A stretch of 64,000 bases of DNA. Source: the human T2T-CHM13v2.0 reference genome, Homo sapiens. The first letter of the stretch is position 1; every line of letters starts with the position of its first letter. A model generated the notes under the pieces. It did not search any database and was not told the origin of the DNA. It worked only from the letters and a program-made list of their open reading frames with translations. This document shows positions 46,920-58,899 of this stretch, piece after piece. The stretch lies in assembly GCF_009914755.1 (NCBI RefSeq), contig NC_060942.1. One strand, 5' to 3'. Made by a program: the position numbers and the translations under genes.

Positions 46920-49062
46920 AGAAAAAAATAAATATTATGGGTGGATATTAGTTGTAAATATTTATGGGGTACAGGTGATATTTTGATAGAAGCATACAAT
47001 GTGTAATGATTAAATCAGGGCAATTGGGATATCCAGCACTTCAAGTACTTATCATTTCTTTGTATTAGGAACATTCCAATTCCACCCTTCTATTTATTTT
47101 GAAATATACAATAAATTAAATTATTAACTATAGTTGCCCTATTATGCTACTGAAAACTAGATCTTATTCTTTATATCTAACTGTACTTTTATACCTTTAC
47201 CATCACATCTCTATCCCCTCTCTCTACTTCCAGTCCCAGACTCTAGTAACCATCATTCTACTATTTCAATGACTGATTTTGTTTATAGCTACCACATATG
47301 AGTGAGAACATGTGATATTTGTCTTTCTGTACCTGACTTATTTCACGTAACATAATGTCCTTCAGTTCCATCCATGTTATTGCAAATGACAGGATTTCAT
47401 TCTTTTTTTATGGCTGAGTAGTATTCCATTGTGTCTATATACATTTTCTTTACCAATTCATCCGCTGATTGACACTTAGGTTGATTCCATATTTTGGCCA
47501 TTGTGAACACTGCTGCATTGAAAATAGAAGTGCAAATATGTGTCCAATATACTGATTTCCTTTGGAGATATATCCCCAGCAGTGGAATTGCTAGATCAAA
47601 TGATAGTTCTATTTGTAGTATTTTGAGGACCCTTCATATTATTCTCCATACTAGCTGTACTAATTTACATCCCCACCAACAGTGTAGGAGGATTCCTCTT
47701 TCTCTACTTCCTCACAACATTTGTTATTGCCTGTCTTTTTGATAAAATACATTTTAATTGGGGTGAGATGATACCTCATTGTAGTTTTAATTCACATTTG
47801 TCTGATGCACATTTTTTTCATACACCTGCTGGCCATTTGTACATGTTCTTTTGAGAAATGTCTGTTCAGACTTTTGTCCATTTTTTAAGTCAGATTATTT
47901 GTCTTTTTTTATTGAGTTGTTTGAGCTATTTGTAAATTTTTGTGATTAATCCTTTGTCAGATGAGTAGTTTGCAAATACTTTCTCCCATTCTGCAGGTTG
48001 TCTCTTCCCTTTCTTGACTATTTCTTTTGCTGTGCAGAAGGTTTTTAGCTAGTTGTGATCCCATTTGTGCAATTTTGCTTTGGTTACCTGTGCTTGTAGG
48101 GAATTACTAAAGAAATCTTTGCCTGGACTAATGTCCTGAAGAGTTTCCCGAATGTTTTTTTTTCTAGTAGTGTCATAGTTTCAGGTCTTAGATATAAGTA
48201 TTTAATCCATTTTGATTCGATTTTTGTTTGGCGAGAGATGAGGTCTAGTTTTATTTTTCTGCTTACAGAGATCCAGTTTTCCCAGCACAATTTAATGGAG
48301 AGACTGTCCTTTCCCCATTTCATGCTCCTGTAGCCTTGCAAAAAATGTATAGACTGTTAATGTGTGGATTCATTTCTGGGTTCTCTATTTTGCTCCCTTG
48401 GTCTATATGTCTGTTTTTATGCCAGTACCATGCTGTTTAGGTTACTATAGCTTTGTAGTATAATTTGAAGTCAGGTAATGTGATGCCTCCAGCTTTGTTC
48501 TTTTTGCTCAGGATTACTTTGGCTATTTTGAGTCTTTGGTGGTTTCATATACATTTTAGAATTATTATTTTTTATTTGTGTGAAGAATATTGGTATTTTG
48601 ATATTAATTGAATTGAATCTGTAAATTGCTTTGGATAGTATGGATATTTTAGCCATATTGATTCTTATAATCCATGATCATGGGATATCTTTCAAGTTCT
48701 TTGTGTCCTCTTTAATTTCTTTCATCAGTATTTTTTAGTTTTTAATTGCAGAGATCTTTCATTTCTTTGGTTAAGTTTATGCTGAGTCATTTTATTTTAT
48801 TTGTAGCTACTGTAAATGGAATTACTTTCTTGGTTTCTTTTTCCAATTGTTCACTGTTGGCATATAGAAATGCTGCTAATTTTTGTATCCTGATATTGTA
48901 TCCTGAAACTTTATTGAATTTGTTTGAGTTCTATTTGTTTTTGGTGGCGTCTTTAGATTTTTCTAAATATAAGATCATCTGGTATGCAAACAATTACAAC
49001 TGGACTTTTTTTTCAGTTAGGAAGTCTTTTATTTCTTTCTCTTGTCTACTTGCTCTAACTAG
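46920..49062 (-). mobile_element. L1MA-like 3' ~2.1 kb
   Basis: tttatggggtacaggtgatattttgata...gagtgagaacatgtgatatttgtc...ORF2-like translations 48084-48656 (WGKDSL..CWENWIS; KAIYRFNSINIKIP). Confidence 0.9.
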
Positions 49063-49739
49063 TATAACCACCCAATGGGTTCATCTTGTCTGTTGCTGAC
49101 ATAGAGCCGATTTATCAAAATGGGGGCTTGCAATAGAAAAAGAGCTTTACACATGTAGAGCTGGTTAAAAGGGAGACTGGGGTTTTATTATTATTCAAAG
49201 CAGGCTCCCCCACAATGTGGAGGGTTTTTCAAAGATAGTTTGGCAGTGGCCAGGGGTTGCCCAGGAATGCAATGTAAACATAGGGGTGTGGAAAATGGTC
49301 CTTGTGCGCTGAGTCCACTTCTGAGTGGGGGGCCACAGGACCAGTTGGTGGGTAATCCGGTTGTCAGAAATGCAAAAGCCTGAAAAGACATCTCAAAAGG
49401 CCAATCTTAGGTTCTACAGTAGTGATATCTACAGGAGTAATTGGGGAAGTTGCAAATCTTGTGACATCTGGAATAATAGCTGGTAATCACTTATGACTAC
49501 CTCTTAGCAGAATAGCTCCTCTCATTCTCCTAATCTGGTGGTCTCTTTCATTAGTTTTACAAAGGCGATTTAGTTTTGGGAAAGGGCTATTATCATTTAA
49601 ACTATAAACTAAATTTCTCCCAAAGTTTTCTTGGCCCAAGCCCAGGAATGACTAAGGGCAGCTTGGAGGTTAAAGGCAAGATGAGGATTTGTTAGGTCAG
49701 ATCTCTTTCACTGTCATAATTTTTGGAAAAGTGGTTTCA
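49063..49739 (-). mobile_element. LTR8-like ERV1 solo LTR inserted in the L1MA
   Basis: taaccacccaatgggttcatcttg...gagccgatttatcaa...gtggtttca; 4-bp TSD CTAG on both sides. Confidence 0.88.
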
Positions 49740-49769
49740 CTAGGACTCCCAGTACTACTGAATCTTATT

Positions 49770-50170
49770 AACCCAATTCAGTGAGGCCTTATCCCCATAT
49801 CCCTATTACTCCCCCAAACTGCCCTTTTATAATTAAATATAAACCTCTGCAGTGCTAAATATGATGATTAATTCTTGGGCCCCATCCTACTTGACCTATC
49901 AGCACCATTTGTCCATTGTATCACTCATTCCTCCTAGAAACTCTTTTTTTCCTTTGCTTACTTAGCTTTCAGGACATCACATGGACATGGTTTTCCTCTT
50001 CATTCATTAGTCATTATTTCTCAATCTCACTTGCTGGTCTCTTCTTCTCTCCGACCACCTTAGCCTTGGAATATACCAGGGCTCAGTTCTTGAAATATTT
50101 CTCATTTCTATTTACATTCACTCCGCTGGTAAGTTTTTTTCTATAAAATGACTTATCTCTATGCTATCAC
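49770..50170 (+). mobile_element. L2 fragment
   Basis: cttgacctatcagcaccatttg...cactcattcctcctagaaactc...cttagctttcaggacatcac...ggttttcctc. Confidence 0.75.
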
Positions 50171-50712
50171 TAAGATTTTGAAAATATATATTCAAAACTT
50201 TTTTTTCAAATCCCTAAGGCACTTAACTGTAGATTATAGTACATAAACTAGAATAGTCTTACCTTTATATGTCAGGAAAAGTTATTTCCCATAAACAATC
50301 TAAAAGTACTGTATTTTCAAATTCAAGTGACATAAAAAAGACCTTGACTTGTTTAAAAAAATATTTAGGTACTCGAGTCAAGAGAATTCTTTTGAAGATA
50401 TTTTTCTTGTTGAATGTAGCTCAAAATAGATGAGATTTAATTTACCTCTCATGACAGAATTTTATTGGTGTTCAACAATTGTGCAATATTTGTCAGAGAA
50501 CTGGGTTATGCCAGGAACAAATGCTTTAGGGCATGCAATCAGTCAGTGTCAGCAGATACAGTGCACAGCCCCAGAGTGACAGTGCCAATCAAATTTGTGA
50601 CTCCTGGGAGATGAAGGAAAGGAGGCAAGCGAGTGCTCCTTAGTAGATACTTGCAGGAGACTTCCTCATGCTGCTTTTAGGCAACCACAGTATTGCTTTT
50701 CTGGCAATACTG

Positions 50713-51080
50713 CCTGTTTTAGTCTTCTTGAGCAGTTGTAACAAAATACCATATAGTAAGTGTCTTTAAACAGACATTTATTTCTCACAGTTCTGGAGAC
50801 TAGAAGCCCATGATCTGCTTGACAGCATTGTTGGGTTCTCAGTGAGGGCTCCTTTTCTGGCTTTCAGAAGGCCGTCTTCCCACTGTATTCTCACATGGTG
50901 GAGAGAGGAAGGTCTGGCATCTCTTCCTCTTCTTATAAGGCCACTAATCCCATCATGTGAGCTCTACCCAATGACCTCATCTAAACCCAATTACCTCCCA
51001 AAGGCCCCATCTCCCAGTACTATCACACTAAGAGTTAGGGCATTAAGTTACATTTTGGGACTTGTATACTTCCAGTCTAT
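50713..51080 (-). mobile_element. MLT1A-like MaLR LTR
   Basis: gtaacaaaataccata...acatttatttctcacagttctggagactagaag...cccaattacctcccaaaggcccc. Confidence 0.85.
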
Positions 51081-51276
51081 AATTGTTATTGCTTCTTTAA
51101 GGCAAACTTACTCCAGAATCCATAATACATTGAGTGAAAGGTTTATGTAGTAGATTAGGGCTACCAGTGACCACAGAGATAGATTGAATCAGCATAAAAT
51201 TAAATATCTAATTTCGGTTCTAGCACTTGCTCTCTGCTGTATAAGCAAGTCTCTTAACTTCTTGCCCCCAGCTTTT

Positions 51277-51604
<328 letters not shown>

Positions 51605-53613
51605 ACCCCCAGCTTTTTAATAGGTAGAATAATGGAGCTGGGTCACAGGAGCTTATGACTTCCTTCTAGCTCTAAAACACCAAAATGTTCTGACAAAAAC
51701 AAGCTTCTTTCTTTTATTGAAAGAAACACCTTAATATTTAATAATTAGAAACTAGACTATCTTATAATACATTGCTTTGCTATTGAAAATCTTTGCATGA
51801 AAAAATCTGTAAAACACATTTTCACTTCCCCTATAGTACAAATTTAGCAATAAGCAAATTCTTCATCTATTTGCCTCATAGATTTCCTTCCTGAATATCA
51901 CCTCATTTTATTCTGAGTATTTAGTGAAAGTTAAATTCCAACAGATGAGTCATCTTCAGTACTGTTGGTTCCCTCATGGCTTCTAATTTGTAAATCTGTA
52001 TTGGAATCTGTACTTGACTTATATTTATCGCCTATATTTAGCTCAAGTTCAATGTGGACTACAAAACCACATCTGGTCTCCAGAGCTCCCAGATCTAACC
52101 ACTGGCACAAATCTTTTCCAACTGATAAGGAGCTTCACTTAAACACCTTCAGCTGGAAGCACAGTGCAAATGTTCTCAGCTGTCTGGCTTGGCACCTGGA
52201 ACTGTCCCCATTACATTTTGGTATGACGTGAGTGGGTGTCACTTTCTGAATACCTTGAAATGAAAGAAATCCTTGAATTCTAAAATGTGCCAGAATGTGT
52301 AGCATTTATAAAGGATAATAAATTTAATTTCGTATTTATAATAGAAAGTAAATAATGTGATGAAGTAATATTTAGAATTACATGGCACCATTAGAACCAC
52401 AAATTTTCAGGAAAATGAATATGATTTGGGATCCTCGTTTTCATTGCAACAATCTGTGGGAAGTGTGTTAACCAGCTCCCATGCCAGTCTTGATTCTATC
52501 TGACCATAGTATTAACTGCTGTGCTTTGGGTATACTTGCTGAGTATGTGCACAACATGTTTTATTTTTCATTTCCAAATGAATTACGTTGTTTAGTATAA
52601 GGCATAAAAATGTGTACAAATCAATAGTAAGCATATCATATGTAAATAGTTTTGATTATGGGATTTCACACAATTAGGGTAAAAATATTGATGTCTTTGC
52701 CACTAAATCAACCAGGTCTATGGTGATAAATATGGGAAAGTTGATTGCAGTAGTTTGGGATCTGAAAAGCCTTAGAACTGAGTAGTGCAGTTGTGACATA
52801 AACAAGTATTGAAGTTATTTTTATTTCAATGACAGCATTAGGGTGTAATAGAAACCCTTGAAAGAGGAGGACGTATAGTGTGACAGGAGCACAGACGACC
52901 CTTTCACTCGCCCTGCAGCATTCCACACAGAGTCCTATCTCTTGATTCAGAAGCCAGATGTGGGTATTAGTCAGGCATGTGTGGCTGTGTGCGGTATGTC
53001 AGTTGTAATGTACTTAGTGGAAAAGAGATTTATTTTTACACTCCCCTCCCTAAAAGTCATTAATAATTAATGAAACTTTAGTGTCCTTTAGGGCAAATTC
53101 AAAGAGCAGTTGCGAAGGCTTACTGAAAACACCATGAAATTTAACTCATGGCAATCTCAAAACAGCTTACGTATGAGCTTCTTTTTATTTTGACACTGTT
53201 TTCCATTAAAATTCATAGGGAGAAAGAGACAGACAAAATGTTTGTGGGTTTTTCTGAATGGAAATACCATTAGAGAATGATCTCAGCTATGGAAGAAACT
53301 ACTCTAAAATTCTGGAAAAGCCATAAACATCATTTTTCCTTGTTTTTATTCCTCCAGTAAAAAAAAGAAGGGTAGCCAAAATTTTCAAAAGTAGTCAGTG
53401 ACAAAAAGCCTTTTTATTCTTGATGAATTGGAAAATTATCCTTTTACTTCCCTAAATGTTTTTATAACAGTAGCTAAGCCATGTATCTCTGAGGTTTAAA
53501 AGAAATCCAGTGCTCACATAACCTTTAATGTTCTCCTCCAAGCAATTTTTGATGAGTAATAATTTCCAAGAAAAATGAGCCCTTTTTTTTTCAGTAATTT
53601 CTTACCCTAAATA

Positions 53614-54978
53614 CAGGCATACCTCATTTTACTGTGCTTCTCAGATATTGTATTCTTTACAAATTGAAGGTCTGTGGCAACCCTGCTTTGAGCAAGTATA
53701 TTGGTGCCATTTTTTTCAGCAGCATGTGCTCGCTTGGTGTCTCTGTGTCACATTTTACTAATTTGTATGATATTCCAAACTGTTTCATTAATACTGTATC
53801 TGTTATGGTGATCTGTGAATAGTGATCTTTGATGTTACTATTGCAATTGTTTTGAGAGCATCATGAACTCTACCTATATAAGACAGGGAACTTGATAAAT
53901 GTGTGTGTGTTCTGATTGCTTCATCAACCAGCTGTTTCTTCATCTTCCTCTCCTCAGGCCTCCCTGTTGCCTAAGGTACAGCAATATCAAAATTAGGCAG
54001 ACTAATAACCCTACAATAGCCTGTAGGTATTCAAGTGACAGGAGGAGTTACATGTCTTTGACTTTAAAACTAGAAATGATGAAACTTACTGCAAAAGTCA
54101 TGTCAAAAGTGGAGATAGGCCAAGAGGTGGGCCTCTTGTATGAAACAGGTAGGCAAGTTGAAAATGTGAAGGAGACGTTCTTAAAGGAAATTAAAAGTGC
54201 TACTCCAGTGATCACACAAATGATAAGAAAGCAAAACAGGCTTATTGCTGATGGAGAAAATTTTAGTCGTCTGGTTTGAAGATCCATTGAGCCAAAAAAT
54301 TCTCTTAAGTCAAATACTAATCAAGAGAATAACCCTAACTCTCTTCAATTTTATGAAGGCTGAAAAAGGTGAGGAAGCTGCAGAAGAAAAGTTGGAACCC
54401 AGAAGAGGTTGGTTCATGAGATTTTAGGGAAGAAGTTTTCTCTATAACATAAAAGTACAAAGTGAAGCAGCAAGTGATGATGTAGAAGCTGCAGCAAGTT
54501 TTCCAGAACATCTAGCTAAGATAGTGATGAAAGTAGCTACACTGGACAACAGACTTGCAATATAGACAAATCAGCTTTTTATTGGAAAATGATGCCATTT
54601 AGGACTTTCATAGCTAGAGAGGAGAAGTCAAAGCTTGACTTGACAGTTTCAATGGACAGGATGACTCTTTTGTCAGGAGATAATGCAGTTGGTGATTTTT
54701 AAGTTAAAGCCAATGCTCATCTCATTGACTACTCTGGAGACCCTAGGGCCCTTAAGAATGATGCTAAATCTACATCTGAAGACTCAGATGATTACTAGCA
54801 TTTTTTGGCAATAAAATATTTTTAAATTAAGGGGTTTGTATTTTTATATATAATGCTATTGCACACTTAATATACCACTGAATAGTGTAAAGATAACTTG
54901 TATAAGTGCTGGAAAACCAAAAAAAGTTGTCTGGCTTACCTTATTGCAATATTTACTTTATTGCGATGGGTATGCCCT
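53614..54978 (+). mobile_element. Tigger1 DNA transposon, internally deleted, with transposase remnants
   Basis: ta|caggcatacctc TIR and ggtatgcc end; ORFs 53899-54427 give LEMMKL..MSKVEIG..KEIKSATPVITQMIRKQNRLIAD, GEEAAEEKLE..RGWFMRF; jump to the 3' end near 54775. Confidence 0.95.
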
Positions 54979-55099
54979 ATCATTCATTTTGGAAGTGCTT
55001 TTAGTGCTTTGGAGGTAGGTGAAGTGTGGAAGAGAGATTGTGTTTGTGTGTGTGTGTTTGTGTGTGAAGCAAAGGGAAACTGACCTCTCTTTTATGTGT

Positions 55100-55671
55100 G
55101 GTATAAAAAATGGATTCTTCATTTATTCCAGCAAGAGCTGTAAGTTTCACAGCAAGTGTACCCCAACATTTGATATAATGAGATTGGATACTTCTGGTCT
55201 CTTGGTGAGACGTTTCAGGACTCAGCCTGAGAGGATTTGTACCGTCATATGTCTTCACTGCCTCTCTCCTGGTCAGCTGGAGGCTGAATTTCAGCAGGAA
55301 ACTTTGCTAATGAAGCCTCTTCAGCTGGTGGAGGCTGAACTTTAACAGAGGCCTCTGCAATTGTAGTGGCTGCCTCAGCAGCAGGAGTCTGTTCAGTTGG
55401 TGCCTGAACTTCGGCATGGGTCTCCCCAGCAGGTTTGAGCTCTGCTTAATCAGTGGCCTCTTCGGCTAATGGAGCATGTATTTCAGCTGGGAGTTTTTTC
55501 TATTGGTGGAGGCTCTATTTCAGCAGAAGCCAGGTTTTTTATTTTTATTTTTTATTTTTATTTTTATTTTTTTTAATAGCAGAACCTTCTGCTACAATAG
55601 GACTTGGCATCTTATCTTTCTTTCTGGAAATCTCAGATGATTCAGCTCTCTCTCCCTCACTTGATTGACAT
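55100..55671 (-). pseudogene. Degenerate FSCB-like coding segment; putative terminal exon of a decayed gene
   Basis: Minus-strand translation PIVAEGSAIKK/(A-rich insert)/LASAEIEPPPIEK/(+1)/LPAEIHAPLAEEATD*AELKPAGETHAEVQAPTEQTPAAEAATTIAEASVKVQPPPAEEASLAKFPAEIQPP aligns co-linearly with recalled FSCB PVVQEGSAVKKVASAEIEPPSTEKFPAKIQPPLVEEATAKAEPRPAEETHVQVQPSTEETPDAEAATAVAENSVKVQPPPAEEAPLVEFPAEIQPP; minus-strand AATAAA at 55122-55127. Confidence 0.85.
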
Positions 55672-55672
55672 C

Positions 55673-55992
55673 TGTTATGGATTGAATTGTGTTTCCCCAA
55701 AAGGTATGTTGAAGTCCCAGCCGCCAGTACCTGTGAATATGAGTTTCTTTGGAAATAGGGCCTTTGTAGATGTAATCAGATTAAGATGGTGACCTTATAA
55801 GAAGAAAAACAAGAGGAGACAGACACAAAAGAAGGATGGGCATGTGAAGATTGAGAGATTAGAGTTATGCTGCCACATAGTAAGGAATGTCTGGGGCTAC
55901 TAGAGCTTCAGTGGAAGCTGGCCCTACCCCGACCGTGATTTGGGATTTCTAGCCTCCAGAACTTTGAGGGAATACATTTCTGTTATTGTAAC
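55673..55992 (+). mobile_element. MLT1B/C MaLR LTR, 3'-truncated
   Basis: tgttatggattgaattgtgtttccccaaaaggtatgttgaagtcc...ttctagcctccagaactttgagggaatacatttctgtt. Confidence 0.9.
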
Positions 55993-56051
55993 TCAGAAAA
56001 ACAAACAAACAAAAAAAAAAAAAAGAAAAAAAAAGCATTCCTGGTACTTAC

Positions 56052-56157
56052 CTGGGTTGTAACATACTGTTGCAGAGTTCTGGATGGTTAGATGTGACCT
56101 TTATCTCATTAATTTCTAAGACTTATATAGCCTCCTCATCATCCAAGGTGTAATGGT
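56052..56157 (-). pseudogene. Putative pseudo-exon (106 bp, phase 1-2)
   Basis: tatcacttag|AC CAT...CCC AG|gtaagt; HYTLDDEEAI*VLEINEIKVTSNHPELCNSMLQP, one stop; phase fits the FSCB-like exon. Confidence 0.55.
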
Positions 56158-56483
56158 CTAAGTGATATCAATAGCAAATGAAATATTATCTTGTGATGGT
56201 TAATACTAAGTGTCGGTGGGGAGGAGCCAAGATGGCCGAATAGGAACAGCTCCGGTCTACAGCTCCCAGCGTGAGCGATGCAGAAGCGGGTGATTTCTGC
56301 ATTTCCATCTGAGGTACCGGGTTCACCTCACTAGGGAGTGCCAGACAGTGGGCGCAGGTCAGTGGGTGCGTGCACCGTGCTCCAGCCAAAGAAGGGCAAG
56401 GCATTGCCTCACCTGGGAAGCGCAAGGGGTCAGGGAGTTCCCTTTCCGAGTCAAAGAAAGGGGTGACGGATGCACCTGGAAAA

Positions 56484-56666
56484 TCAGGTCACTCCCACCC
56501 GAATACTGTGCTTTTCCGATGGGCTTAAAAAACGGTGCACCAGGAGATTATATCCCGCACCTGGCTCAGAGGGTCCTACGCCCACGGAGTCTCGCTGATT
56601 GCTAGCACAGCAGTCTGAGATCAAACTGCAAGGTGGCAGCGAGGCTGGGGGATGGGCGCCTGCCAT
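56484..56666 (-). CDS. L1 antisense ORF0, truncated to 60 aa by a premature stop
   Basis: MAGAHPPASLPPCSLISDCCASNQRDSVGVGPSEPGAGYNL... matches primate L1 ORF0; expression unknown. Confidence 0.7.
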   Translation of the reverse strand: MAGAHPPASLPPCSLISDCCASNQRDSVGVGPSEPGAGYNLLVHRFLSPSEKHSIRVGVT

Positions 56667-57119
56667 TGCCCAGGCTTGCTTAGGTAAACAAAGCAGCCGG
56701 GAAGCTCAAACTGGGTGGAGCCCACCACAGCTCAAGGAGGCCTGCCTGCCTCTGTACGCTCCACCTCTGGGGCAGGGCACAGGCAAACAAAAAGACAGCA
56801 GTAATCTCTGCAGACTTAAATGTCCCTGTCTGACAGCTTTGAAGAGAGCAGTGGTTCTCCCAGCACGCAGCTGGAAATCTGAGAACGGGCAGACTGCCTC
56901 CTCAAGTGGGTCCCTGACCCCTGACCCCCGAGCAGCCTAACTGGGAGGCACCCCCCAGCAGGGGCAGACTGACACCTCACAGGGCCGGGTACTCCAACAG
57001 ACCTGCAGCTGAGGGTCCTGTCTGTTAGAAGGAAAACTAACAAACAGAAAGGACATCCACACCAAAAACCCATCTGTACATCACCATCATCAAAGACCAA
57101 AAGTAGATAAACCACAAAG

Positions 57120-58135
57120 ATGGGGAAAAAACAGCAGAAAAACTGGAGACTCTAAAAAGCAGAGTGCTTCTCCTCCTCCAAAGGAGCGCAGTTCCTCACC
57201 AGCAATGGAACAAAGCTGGACGGAGAATGACTTTGACCAGCTGAGAGAAGAAGGCTTCAGACGATCAAATCACTCCGAGCTACGGGAGGACATTCAAACC
57301 AAAGGCAAAGAAGTTGAAAACTTCGAAAAAAATTTAGAAGAATGTATAACTAGAATAACCAATACAGAGAAGTGCTTAAAGGAGCTGATGGAGCTGAAAA
57401 CCAAGGCTCGAGAACTATGTGAAGAATGCAGAAGCCTCAGGAGCCGATGCGATCAACTGGAAGAAAGGGTATCAGCGATGGAAGATGAAATGAATGAAAT
57501 GAAGTGAGAAGGGGAGTTTAGAGAAAAAAGAATAAAAAGAAACGAGCAAAGCCTCCAAGAAATATGGGACTATGTGAAAAGACCAAATCTACGTCTGATT
57601 GGTGTACCTGAAAGTGACGGGGAGAATGGAACCAAGTTGGAAAACACTCTGCTGGATATCATACAGGAGAACTTCCCCAATCTAGCAAGGCAGGCCAACA
57701 ATTCAGATTCAGGAAATACAGAGAACGCCACAAAGATACTCCTCGAGAAGAGCAACACCAAGACACATAATTGTCAGATTCACCAAAGTTGAAATGAAGG
57801 AAAAAATGTTAAGGGCAGCCAGAGAGAAAGGTCGGGTTACCCTCAAAGGAAAGCCCATCAGACTAACAGCAGATCTCTCGGCAGAAACTCTACAAGCCAG
57901 AAGAGAGTGGGGGCCAATATTCAACATTCTTAAAGAAAAGAATTTTCAACCCAGAATTTCATACCCAGCCAAACTAAGCTTCATAAGTGAAGGAGAAATA
58001 AAATCCTTTACAGACAAGCAAATGCTGAGAGATTTTGTCACCACCAGGCCTGCCCTAAAAGAGCTCCTGAAGGAAGCACTAAACATGGAAAGGAACAAGC
58101 AGTACCAGCTACTGCAAAAACATGCCAAATTGTAA
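57120..58135 (+). pseudogene. L1 ORF1p, disrupted
   Basis: ATG GGG AAA at 57120; fragments EQSWTENDFD..., KRPNLRLIGVPE..., KEKMLRAAREKG...; early frameshift, TGA at 57505-57507, +1 frameshift near 57700. Confidence 0.95.
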
Positions 58136-58669
58136 AGACCATCGAGGCTAGGAAGAAACTGCATCAACTAATGAGCAAAATAACTAGCTAATATCATAAT
58201 GACGAGTTAATGGGTGCAGCACACCAACATGGCACATGTATACATATGTAACTAACCTGCACATTGTGCACATGTACCCTAAAACTTATAATAAAAATAA
58301 AAAAATACTAAGTGTCAACTTGATTGGATTGAGGGATGCATAGTATTAATCCTGGATGTATCTGTGTGGGTGTTGCCAAAAGAGGTTAACATTTGAGTCA
58401 GTGGGCTGGGGAAGGCAGATTCACCCTTAATCTGGTAGGCACAATCTAATCAGCTTCCAGTGAATATAAAGCAGGCAGAAAAACGTGAAAAGGAGAGATA
58501 GGCCTAGCATCCCAGGCTACAGCTTTCTCCTGTGTTGGATGCTTCCTGCCCTTGAACATTGGACTCCAAGTTTTTCAGTTTTGTACTCAGCCTGGATCTC
58601 CTTGGTCCTCAGCTTACAGACAGCCTATTGTGGGACCTTGTGATCATGTAAGCTAATACTTAATAAACT

Positions 58670-58861
58670 CCTCTCTCTCTCTCTATATATATATATATGT
58701 ATACACACACACACACACACACACAATTTAACCTTTGTATTTTATGTCACATGTTCAAATCTCACCTTGTCTCTAACCATTCACAGAACCATGTTGTAGG
58801 TCCTATCATTGATGTCATTCATACAAGAGAGTAAATGTCAGTTATAGATATATATCTATGA

Positions 58862-58897
<36 letters not shown>
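58670..58897. repeat. (CT)n(AT)n(CA)n...(AT)n microsatellite within MLT2A, split by a captured segment
   Basis: Directly visible dinucleotide tracts on both sides of 58731-58841. Confidence 0.9.

Positions 58898-58899
<2 letters not shown>

Larger units (their letters stand above)
56215..58303 (+). mobile_element. L1PA3-like element with full 5'UTR and ORF1 but ORF2 deleted (~2.1 kb)
   Basis: Starts ggtggggaggagccaagatggccg; 5'UTR reads gggtactccaacag (short form); ORF2 ATG fused to the 3'UTR at 58198-58203; TSD AATACTAAGTGTC at 56202-56214 and 58304-58316. Confidence 0.97.

Noticed and set aside
53899-54427. Transposase-like ORFs as a domesticated TIGD-type gene
   Set aside because: Frameshifted Tigger1 with most of the catalytic region deleted.
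55019-55668. Plus-strand ORFs over the FSCB-like region
   Set aside because: Antisense shadows; the recognisable similarity is on the minus strand.
58198-58210. L1 ORF2 loss explained by RNA splicing
   Set aside because: No register of the AATGAC junction yields GT..AG on either strand.
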